From a virus (taxonomy: Duplodnaviria > Caudoviricetes), in IMG/VR virus record IMGVR_UViG_3300037067_013742, positions 64,001 to 128,000 of that record: a stretch of DNA of 64,000 nucleotides. One strand, given 5' to 3'. The translations under genes were made by a program, and so were the position numbers. How positions within the stretch are numbered: the stretch's first letter is position 1; every line of letters starts with the position of its first letter. Positions 35,991-44,673 of this stretch are shown piece after piece. The notes under the pieces are model-generated. The model had not been told where the DNA came from. It did not search any database and saw only the letters and a program-made list of their open reading frames with translations.

Positions 35991-38900
35991 ATGGTAAGCC
36001 CATTCAATCTGCTACGAGCAAATGCTTCTATCGATAACCCCTTCGGTGACGGAGAAGATGTCTTAGGTAAGGCCTCTCGCCTGGCTGCTACAGGAGCCCT
36101 TCTTACAGGGGCTGGATACGCTCTCTACCGAGGTTATCAAGATCAGAAGACTTCTGTGCAGCGAGCCGTAGAAAGCGCCAGGAGAGCGATCCAGGGCCCT
36201 TCTGGGTCATTGCCTAGAATGATGACAAGAGCGCCTCTAGAGGTTCAGGAGAAGATGGTAGAAGAAGCCTTTAGAGCTGGGCAAGATACTATGTCTCCTC
36301 TTGGCTGGAGAACCTACCTTAAGAAGGTTTATGAGAGAGCGGCCTATAAAGCCGGTGTTCTTACTGATGATGAAAGAATAAAGTTAGTAGAAGAACTAGG
36401 AGATGTTGGGGGCTCTTGGGAAAACGTAAGGGGTCATCTAAAAGAAAACGAGGGAGTTCTTGGTGGACTGGAGGGGGTCTATTCAGAGATTAGAGAACTA
36501 GCTAATGGTCGTCTTCCCGGAAGAGGAGGGATGAGTGGGGCCGAGTTACTAAGAGATTTCTCTACTGGTACTCCGGGAGCTCCAGAGATTGGGCCACTTC
36601 TTCCAAATCAGCACCGGATGGGTTCTAGTGCTTATGTCAGAAGTGCCTTTGAACCAGAGGGCAGATTTTGGCAAGAGCAGTTTCCATTGGTTCCTAATAG
36701 GGAATCAAACGTAGAGTTGATTGGTGGCGGAGGTTTAAACCAAGCTCAGGCTAGAGCAAAGAAGTTCTCAAGAATGAGTGGTATGTATGTTAAGGCGGGG
36801 GTTAGAGATATTACTCGTGACCGGAACTTTATTGGCGGGAAGGCTGCAAGGAACAAGTTTAATATTGCCGGTACAGGTGAGGTAAGCCTTACCATGAATG
36901 AGTATCAGGTTGGTGGTAAGGGTAGCCGCCACTTCTTCCAAATACCAAACGCAAAAGAGATTAAGACTAATGTTGGTAGTGTCATGCTTGCTGCTGCAGA
37001 CCATAGGGGCATGGGTTTCTCTGCTGTTGGTAAGTGGACCATTCAGGTAAAGGGCAAAGACGGGAAGTTGACTAGGAAGGTTGTCGACTGGAACACCGGC
37101 ATCAACACTCTTGTTTTTGGTGGGGAGGGACTATCTTCTGGTAGCTCTTTAACAGAAAGACTACACGCTGCTGCTGGCGATGCAAGAGAGCAACGTAGAA
37201 TTCTAGATAACTTTAAGACCGAAGTTAGTGCTCTTATGTATAGAGTTGATGGATCTCAAGCCTCTATGACCCAGGCTTTGTTCCATAGTGAATCGGCCGT
37301 CCCTATAGAGTTGTCGGCTGAAAGGATTATGGATCCTAACTATCGCAATACTATGGATCAGGTTAAAAACCACTGGGACGAGATGGTTAAGTCTGGCCAT
37401 AATATAGGGCCAATGTCTAGTGCTACTTCTATGGGTGAAAGGTCTCGAGTTTCTCTTCGTGATTGGGCGGGCGAACTAGATGTCTTTGGGGCTAACTATC
37501 CAATGGAAAGGAAGTTCGCTGGTCGCTTCAGGGGAAATTATTCTCTGAGTCCTAGAGCAAGAGAGGCAATGGAGACACGCCCTATTATGGGTAAAATCCC
37601 TAGATCTATGCCTACGACAGCAACTTCAAGATTTGGAGAAGTTGTATCTAATAAAACTCCCAACGTCTTTACTTACTACTCTCTAAAAGAGATGAAAGAC
37701 TTGCGACCTGAGGAGGCCGTTCTTTCTAGAACAGTTGCTCCAATGGTTGAGTTTACCGAGAAGAAGACATATGAAGTCGCGCGGGGTACAACTAGAGCCG
37801 CTATTGGAGAAGAGCTTTCTACCAACCAAAGCCTAGGGATAGATTACAGGACCGGGAAAGAGATTAGGTCTGCTGCATCAGAAGGTCATATGACCGAGAG
37901 GATTCTAGGAGCAGTAGATAAAGGAGATCTTATCGAGTTAGAAGTTGAGCGAACTGTCCCATTTCAAGATGGGTTGAAGGGTTATACCCGTAAGGTTAGA
38001 TATCGAATAGCTAGAGAAAGTATGACAGAAGAACTAGCTCATCAGTTTGGGATTAATGCTCAAAGCCCTGTATATAAGTATAGCCACCATATAGAAGCCG
38101 CAATGGACGTAGAGGCCCTAAAGAAGATTCCAGGAGAGGTTTACGGACAGATGGCAAGCGGCCTTCAGTATATTGCTGCAGACAAACTAAAGGGTGTTCG
38201 TTCTAGAAGAAGAGGGAAGGGGAGGGGGAGAACTTTTGGCCCAAAGAAAGGATTCCAAAAGTATAGGAATGCCCATGTTAAAGATATGTGGAATTACGTC
38301 AACAATGCCGACTTGAGAGAGAAGTATCTTACGCGAGTTGCTAAAGAGGGTGAGAGCCTAGCTCGACAGTTTGGTCTAAGCGAGAACCTTCTTCATCACG
38401 GAGCTGGCTTGGGCCTTCTCAAGAAGGCAGCTGGTTGGAATCTTAGCTCTTCCGATATTGGGTTAATTGGTGGCTTTTTCCATAAGCAGCTTTTCTCTGC
38501 TCTGGGTGGAGATATGGCCGCCTCTCAAAAGATGGGAGAGATCTATAGGGGCATTGGACTTTCGACTAGCGACATTAAGGCCCTTATGACTTCTCAGGGG
38601 GTAATAGGAGGCCACGCTCTAAACATTGGAGATGTTGACTCTCTAAAGGTTGTCGAAAGAGCTGGCCTAGATCCTCGTGGTCTATTAGAAATAAAGGCTC
38701 AGGATTGGGGACAATTGGGAGACGACGTTATAGCTGAGTTCGCAAGAAGAATTCCAGATAGAGGAATGGGTGAACTGATTACGGCTACCAAGTCCATGGT
38801 TGGCTTGGCCGCAGACATCCCCGAAGGAACTAGGGGGGTCGAGAATGCGGCAGAAGCTATGGAGCTCATCGGTAAAGAGAACTTTGTCTGGAAGGGCGGG

Positions 38901-40724
38901 GGACGAGAGCTATATATTCCAGCCGCTGCTGGTGGGCATATGGGTGAATATACCCAGGAGGTTGGTGAGAGGGCTGATATGCCCCTCAAGAAAGCCTACC
39001 GTCAATATATTGAGGCAAGGGGACGAATTACAGACTACGAAGGAATGATGTCTGGGACTGACTATCAAGACCTTCCAGACTATGAAGCTTTAAAAGTTAA
39101 GGCCACAGAGTTAGAGGATGCTCTTCGTAATCAACTTGGTCATGAGATGCTAGGCTCAACTTCTCTTAGGGGAAAGATCTTTGGTTCATTAGAATTGACG
39201 GCTAGTACCTGGACCGGATCAAAAGCCTCATCTCATTTAAGTATTGAGTATGGAAGTATAGACGAGCTACTTAACGATCATAAGAATCTCTTCGTGTCTG
39301 GCATAACAGAGAAGTCATATAAGAGATTACACAACGACTTAATGAGAGTTGCCAGCGAAAAAGAGAAAACCTTCTTACAGGATCAATACAGACGTTTTAT
39401 GGCCGGCGAGAACATTCCCACAATGGAATGGAGAAACCCTCTTATTGGCCCCCAAAGTATGACACCTGGATATATTCGTAGAGTAGAAGCCGATGCAGAG
39501 GGCATATATATCAAGAAGATGACGCTCAATAAGGATGGTAGGGCTGTCGATGTTTCTGGTATGGCTGCTAAGTCTGGTGATATGGACGGCGACCAGATTT
39601 CCCTAATGCTTATGGGAGACGAGAAGGTTGCCGCTGAGATAGACAAGACCCTACATTCTGCTAGTTGGAGAAAAGATTATGTAGCAGCTCTAGAGAGGAA
39701 GCAGGACCTAGAGAAAGCTATTGCTGCCTCTGCTGCCGGGAGAGACCTCGGTCGAGCTAACTATGAGGGGTTGACTCGCCATGTTGGCGTCAAGATGGAG
39801 ACCGGTATGATCTCCACTCTTGTAGATGATATGAAGGCTACGGCTGCTTTTAACGCTTCGAGCAAAGAAGAATACACAATAATGTCCGAAATCTTTGCTC
39901 GTATGTCGCAGGCCCCAATTTCTTCCAAACATGGTCTTTACGCTAGTGAAGTAAGCGATTTGCTAGATGAGTTTGTCTCTAAAGACAAGGGTCGTGTTAG
40001 CGGTGCATTAGAAGATGTATGGGACATCCTTATGGGAGAGGGGAAGGTTGAGGGCTATAACAAAGAAGAAGTTATCAGTAAAGTAAAAGGCTGGGTCCAA
40101 ACCTCTTCTAATAATGGAGAGTTGTCAGCTCATCGTGCTGTTTGGCGCGCGGCAAATAAAGCAGCTAAAGGTGGGATTGCCGGAGAAGTTTCAGAAGATG
40201 CCCTAGTTCATATTATCAAAATGATGGAGAGTGGTAAGGGAGATCTAAATGCTGCTCTTGTTAGAGAGATGAGGATGGGGCCCGGCTCTGGTATTTCTGC
40301 CTCTAGAGCAACAGTAGAGGCTGCTAGTAATCTAGGTGGAATGGCTATCAATGCCTTCAAGAAGCACTGGAAGTATCCAGCAATGGGCGCAGCTGTGGGT
40401 CTTGGTATTGCTGCTTTAGGCGCGGGAACATCTATAGCTATGCCACGAGAAGACGCTTCTATGAAAGCGACAGAACTTATGGCCAGTCGTGGTCCAGCCG
40501 AACTTCAGATGCCAAGCGGAATTCAGAATAGAATTCTTACTTCTGGCGGGGGCGGGATGCAGGCCGGATACAGAATGTCGTATAGTGGTGATCTGAATAG
40601 TTCTGGAATGAATGACTTAGCTGGATTTGGAGCTGGTGTTGGTGGTAGGGTTACTGTGAGAGATAACCGAGGAGCTATATCTCCTCAGTATATAGATAAA
40701 GCTCAAGACGAAAGGTATATCTGA
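35991..40724 (+). CDS. Putative virion single-chain two-barrel RNA polymerase in the tape-measure locus
   Basis: Beta'-like WRNP (R1148) and GDMDGDQ (D1197/D1199/D1201, nt 39579-39593); beta-like EEAVLS (E574) and DGLKGYTRK (K663/K668); hydrophobic segments near both termini. Confidence 0.7.
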   Translation: MVSPFNLLRANASIDNPFGDGEDVLGKASRLAATGALLTGAGYALYRGYQDQKTSVQRAVESARRAIQGPSGSLPRMMTRAPLEVQEKMVEEAFRAGQDTMSPLGWRTYLKKVYERAAYKAGVLTDDERIKLVEELGDVGGSWENVRGHLKENEGVLGGLEGVYSEIRELANGRLPGRGGMSGAELLRDFSTGTPGAPEIGPLLPNQHRMGSSAYVRSAFEPEGRFWQEQFPLVPNRESNVELIGGGGLNQAQARAKKFSRMSGMYVKAGVRDITRDRNFIGGKAARNKFNIAGTGEVSLTMNEYQVGGKGSRHFFQIPNAKEIKTNVGSVMLAAADHRGMGFSAVGKWTIQVKGKDGKLTRKVVDWNTGINTLVFGGEGLSSGSSLTERLHAAAGDAREQRRILDNFKTEVSALMYRVDGSQASMTQALFHSESAVPIELSAERIMDPNYRNTMDQVKNHWDEMVKSGHNIGPMSSATSMGERSRVSLRDWAGELDVFGANYPMERKFAGRFRGNYSLSPRAREAMETRPIMGKIPRSMPTTATSRFGEVVSNKTPNVFTYYSLKEMKDLRPEEAVLSRTVAPMVEFTEKKTYEVARGTTRAAIGEELSTNQSLGIDYRTGKEIRSAASEGHMTERILGAVDKGDLIELEVERTVPFQDGLKGYTRKVRYRIARESMTEELAHQFGINAQSPVYKYSHHIEAAMDVEALKKIPGEVYGQMASGLQYIAADKLKGVRSRRRGKGRGRTFGPKKGFQKYRNAHVKDMWNYVNNADLREKYLTRVAKEGESLARQFGLSENLLHHGAGLGLLKKAAGWNLSSSDIGLIGGFFHKQLFSALGGDMAASQKMGEIYRGIGLSTSDIKALMTSQGVIGGHALNIGDVDSLKVVERAGLDPRGLLEIKAQDWGQLGDDVIAEFARRIPDRGMGELITATKSMVGLAADIPEGTRGVENAAEAMELIGKENFVWKGGGRELYIPAAAGGHMGEYTQEVGERADMPLKKAYRQYIEARGRITDYEGMMSGTDYQDLPDYEALKVKATELEDALRNQLGHEMLGSTSLRGKIFGSLELTASTWTGSKASSHLSIEYGSIDELLNDHKNLFVSGITEKSYKRLHNDLMRVASEKEKTFLQDQYRRFMAGENIPTMEWRNPLIGPQSMTPGYIRRVEADAEGIYIKKMTLNKDGRAVDVSGMAAKSGDMDGDQISLMLMGDEKVAAEIDKTLHSASWRKDYVAALERKQDLEKAIAASAAGRDLGRANYEGLTRHVGVKMETGMISTLVDDMKATAAFNASSKEEYTIMSEIFARMSQAPISSKHGLYASEVSDLLDEFVSKDKGRVSGALEDVWDILMGEGKVEGYNKEEVISKVKGWVQTSSNNGELSAHRAVWRAANKAAKGGIAGEVSEDALVHIIKMMESGKGDLNAALVREMRMGPGSGISASRATVEAASNLGGMAINAFKKHWKYPAMGAAVGLGIAALGAGTSIAMPREDASMKATELMASRGPAELQMPSGIQNRILTSGGGGMQAGYRMSYSGDLNSSGMNDLAGFGAGVGGRVTVRDNRGAISPQYIDKAQDERYI

Positions 40725-43426
40725 TGCCTGGTGACGAAGAGACTGTTGACTGGGAAGCTAATCTCCAGAGTATCGGGGTTCCAGCTGAATCCCAGACTCA
40801 GAGAGCTCCGAGAAGAACGCCCCGTAGGCAACCAGTAAGCTCTCACTGGGAAACAGAGATGCAGACTCTAGAGGGGGCAACTGAAACTACTGCCGACTAT
40901 CTTCGCGGGACTTCAGAGTGGAGAGGTGAAGAGTATGCTGCGATTCAGGCTCACGATGTAGCTAACGCAGAAGCGAATAGAGGTACGCCGCATCCAAGTC
41001 GGTCTGAGCTTTATCAGCAGTGGAAAAATGCAGGGCAGGCAAGGCTAAGAACTTTAACCGAGCGATTTGGTCAAGACGCAATGGTTCTTGGCCATCTCTT
41101 ATTTAAGATTCCGCCACTTGCTATAAGGATTCGTAAAAGTAATATTACTTATCGTTGGAAACCCTTAAGAACCAAAGAGTCCATTGCTGTTAAGTCTGGT
41201 AGTGGTGAAGCTTGGATTGAAGTAGATCTTGCTTTTGTAGGACTAAACCAAATCAATACTTCTCTTGGTGGTTTAATCACACTTTGGAAGAAGTCTCCTA
41301 TCTGTTTCATAGAGAATCTATATATCAGGGAAAATATGCTTCCTGAGAATGATGTAGATTCTATGGCTGTTCGATTAGAGAATCTAGTTATTGATGTTGC
41401 CGCGGGAACTCCAGATGCAGTTTGGGTTACTGCGATGATGTGTTGGTTTAACTGGAAACCATTCTCCCAGAACTTCTGGTTTAGAGAGACATGGGAGGCA
41501 ACCGAAGACCAGCAGACCGAGGGTGGTAATTCAGGTACGGCAACTACTACTTCTACCGAAGAGAGAGCTTCTGCCAATAGCATAGTCGATCTTTCTGTAT
41601 TAGAAACTCCAGGTATTGTCTCTTCTTCTAATCCAATGGAGGCAAGGCTTTCACATGTGGTCCAAATTAATGATCCTGGTGATCCACTTGTCCGTCCTAC
41701 TCAGCCTGTTGTTTATCCCTTTAACTCACAACCTTTTATGGACTATATGTCGAGTGGACCAGATGTAGCTCCTCCGATAAGTGAGTGGACTGATAACGTT
41801 ACGATGAACTGGAAGTCTTTAAAGAGGTTGCTTGTTCCTCAGCAGTGGCAGTGGGATCTCAATCATCCGCCGGAGGTTCCGGCATCAGTTCTGGTTAGTG
41901 CGCCCCCCACATCTTCGCCACAAGCAAGCCCTGTTGCGGTTACTGGACCGAGGGATATTGTCATATTTATGGGCGACTCTATCATGAAAGGTATCTGTGG
42001 GTCTGGCCATGAAAACTTAACCTTTGGCGGATCAAATCCGACCTATGATCCTAATACCGACTATCTAAAAAGTGGTTGTTCTAATATACCCCCGCACCCA
42101 AGGTTTACTTATTACTCATTAGCCCTTTCTGGAATTGGAAGCGCCAACCTAAAGAGGGCGTGGAATAAGAGTAAGACAAATTCGGCTCTTAAGGTTTCTG
42201 GTGGGGCAAACCTTAGTCGGGTTGCTGGAGTGGTTATTCTTTGTGGGCTAAACGATGGAAATAACTACCCGACAGCGCTAAATTCTCTAATCGATATAAT
42301 GCAAGATGTTAGTAGCGCTGGTGCAATTCCAATCCTTCTACCACTTCCCCCTGAAGGTGATTCTTTAAATGCCACGCCCCATATCTATAGTGGCTTGAGA
42401 AGTACTGGTGCAAGTACAGCCTGGCGAGAGACGGGAACTAATACTTGGTTGGCAAATGTTAACTCTTATCATCAGTCTGCCATTACTCGTGTTCAAAACG
42501 AAGTGCCTAATGGTTGGGGTCCGGGTCGGGCTGAAACTGATTATCATGCAGATGCTTGCGAGGTGGGAACTAGTAGGACTGATAGGTCTCTCCCGCTAAA
42601 GCGAGACTACATGACGACTCCTACGACCCATTGGTCTGACCCAACAGGAGCTGGTCGACAGTTTTACAACTACCATCCAAAGGCGCAGGCTAATACTCGG
42701 CTAGCTGCTTGGATTGAGCATAGGCTACCTTGGAATGCGTTTTCTGGACAGAATGACACCTCTAGTCCTGCATCAAATGCTTATACCGTTACAGATATAG
42801 AAGACGGAGATACCATAACTGTTCGACAGGGAGCTGGTGCTGAAATAAAGCTTCGTCTAAAGAATATCGATACCCCAGAAACCTATGGAGCTCGTCCTTC
42901 TTACAATATGTCTTTGGGTACTGGCGCTTACTCAAATGCCGATGTTCTTCGTTGGATGCCTCACGCTCAAGATAGTTGGAGACCGGCAGATCAGCAGTGG
43001 GGAGCTAAAGCAAAGGCAAAGTTGGTAGAGCTTACTGGTGGGGTTAACGCAACGATAAGAGTTGAGCAGCATGGTAACGATTACTACGGTCGTAAACTTG
43101 CTACCATATTTAAAGGTGATGTAAACATCAACCTGAGGTTAGTTGAGCTTGGGTTGGCTTGGGCGAGTACAGGTGGAACTGACGGAACCCAGGGTGGGCC
43201 ATACGAGATAGCAATGGCAGAAGCCGGCGGTCCAGTCCCAGATGCAGATCCGAGAAGGCCAAAGGTTGGGATGTGGGCAAGCCCCACCGCGGTATTGTCT
43301 GGATATCCATCTGATATTCCAACAACTATTAGAAGTGTTCTTGAGAGAATGCAGTTTCCCAAAGACTTTAGAAGGGACTATCCTTCTGGTGAAGATACCT
43401 GGCGGGCTGAGCCAGCTGGTGATTAG
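40724..43426 (+). CDS. Baseplate-region protein: tube-initiator-like N-terminus, SGNH/GDSL hydrolase, thermonuclease (SNase)
   Basis: SGNH: IFMGDSI (S419), CGLND, YHP. SNase: DGDT (D694), LRLKNIDTPE, DYYGRKLA, INLRLVELGLA, GMW. Confidence 0.85.
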   Translation: MPGDEETVDWEANLQSIGVPAESQTQRAPRRTPRRQPVSSHWETEMQTLEGATETTADYLRGTSEWRGEEYAAIQAHDVANAEANRGTPHPSRSELYQQWKNAGQARLRTLTERFGQDAMVLGHLLFKIPPLAIRIRKSNITYRWKPLRTKESIAVKSGSGEAWIEVDLAFVGLNQINTSLGGLITLWKKSPICFIENLYIRENMLPENDVDSMAVRLENLVIDVAAGTPDAVWVTAMMCWFNWKPFSQNFWFRETWEATEDQQTEGGNSGTATTTSTEERASANSIVDLSVLETPGIVSSSNPMEARLSHVVQINDPGDPLVRPTQPVVYPFNSQPFMDYMSSGPDVAPPISEWTDNVTMNWKSLKRLLVPQQWQWDLNHPPEVPASVLVSAPPTSSPQASPVAVTGPRDIVIFMGDSIMKGICGSGHENLTFGGSNPTYDPNTDYLKSGCSNIPPHPRFTYYSLALSGIGSANLKRAWNKSKTNSALKVSGGANLSRVAGVVILCGLNDGNNYPTALNSLIDIMQDVSSAGAIPILLPLPPEGDSLNATPHIYSGLRSTGASTAWRETGTNTWLANVNSYHQSAITRVQNEVPNGWGPGRAETDYHADACEVGTSRTDRSLPLKRDYMTTPTTHWSDPTGAGRQFYNYHPKAQANTRLAAWIEHRLPWNAFSGQNDTSSPASNAYTVTDIEDGDTITVRQGAGAEIKLRLKNIDTPETYGARPSYNMSLGTGAYSNADVLRWMPHAQDSWRPADQQWGAKAKAKLVELTGGVNATIRVEQHGNDYYGRKLATIFKGDVNINLRLVELGLAWASTGGTDGTQGGPYEIAMAEAGGPVPDADPRRPKVGMWASPTAVLSGYPSDIPTTIRSVLERMQFPKDFRRDYPSGEDTWRAEPAGD

Positions 43427-43437
43427 GGAGAAGCACT

Positions 43438-44673
43438 ATGTCAGACTGGGACCTCTCGCCGTTTAATCTTTCTCCCTCAATATGGGGGACGATTTACTTT
43501 CGGTCTGCTGTTACTACGACTCCTCGTCGGCATCCTATTACGGCTGATGACGTTTTATGGTTAGCCGCATCTGCTGCCCACGAAGATATAGAGTCAACCT
43601 TTTGTATTTGGTGCGAAATACAAAAATTTTGTGGTGGTAATGGGACCAACTTAGCTAATTTTGTTGCTTTATTTTCTGCTCCAGTAAATCCCAACTTTGC
43701 GTTTGGGCTAGAGCACTTTTCTTCTGGTCGTCTGCTATCTGAACCATCGGCTGGAGCCAACGGGATTCCTCCTCGAGTACCGGGTCCTTCTGACGAATCT
43801 CGTCGCCCGGAATTTCAGGCCTGGTATCGGGCCAACCCAAATGGGGGAAGGCCTCCTCCCTCGGTTGCAAGATGGGACCGTCTTACTATTTGGGAGCGAG
43901 AGTGTCTATCGAGAGGAGAATTTAGACGAGCTCAGTTAGTTGGGGGTTGCTCTCCGGCTGTTAGAGCTGAGATTTGGGCAAATATGCGGTTAGCCAAGAA
44001 TAGGGATAATGATGCTTGGCTTAGATTGAGTAGACGATACTCAGCTAATATAGCAGCTTATCATATCTGTACTGGCCAGTGGGGGAATCCAATACCTGGT
44101 TTTGACGACTTCGCTTCGCAGAATTCCATTCGCAGTGAAGTTACTATTCTTTCGGATAATCAAGCTGATCGAAGCCGTGTTCTATCTGAACTTTACGTAG
44201 GTGCTGGTCGTCGTGGATACGATCCAACAGCAAGGGCTTTTGCATTTGGGAACACTAGGGCTACTGATGCCTTTCAGTACCATAAGACTCCACGTATGCG
44301 AGAAGCCGAAGCTCTTGTTTGGATCGTACCATCTTCTACTATTGGAGGAGACGATACTCGTCGTCGGCCAGTTACTACCGTTGCTTTAAACGGGGCGGTT
44401 CCTGGAGTGATCTATTCTGGTGGACGAAGTCGGTATGTTCCTCCTCGTTCTGGGGGAGTAGTAGAAACTACTCAAGAAGGTCTTGCTCCAACAGAAGCAG
44501 TACCAGCTGGAACTAGCGCCATGTCTAGTTCCTCAACAAATACTCAAACTAATACAACCTCTGACCCCATCGCCGTTCCTCCTCCTAGGGCAGAGATTAT
44601 GCAGGGTCTAGTAAGTTGGGCCGATGGAGCTGAGATTCAGCTTGGACAGTCGGGCGGAGGTCGGAGACAATAA
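43438..44673 (+). CDS. Hypothetical baseplate-region protein, possible divergent cell-wall hydrolase
   Basis: SD GGGAG; DDVLWLAASAAHE resembles the SleB/Hydrolase_2 catalytic helix; no further motif confirmed. Confidence 0.45.
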   Translation: MSDWDLSPFNLSPSIWGTIYFRSAVTTTPRRHPITADDVLWLAASAAHEDIESTFCIWCEIQKFCGGNGTNLANFVALFSAPVNPNFAFGLEHFSSGRLLSEPSAGANGIPPRVPGPSDESRRPEFQAWYRANPNGGRPPPSVARWDRLTIWERECLSRGEFRRAQLVGGCSPAVRAEIWANMRLAKNRDNDAWLRLSRRYSANIAAYHICTGQWGNPIPGFDDFASQNSIRSEVTILSDNQADRSRVLSELYVGAGRRGYDPTARAFAFGNTRATDAFQYHKTPRMREAEALVWIVPSSTIGGDDTRRRPVTTVALNGAVPGVIYSGGRSRYVPPRSGGVVETTQEGLAPTEAVPAGTSAMSSSSTNTQTNTTSDPIAVPPPRAEIMQGLVSWADGAEIQLGQSGGGRRQ

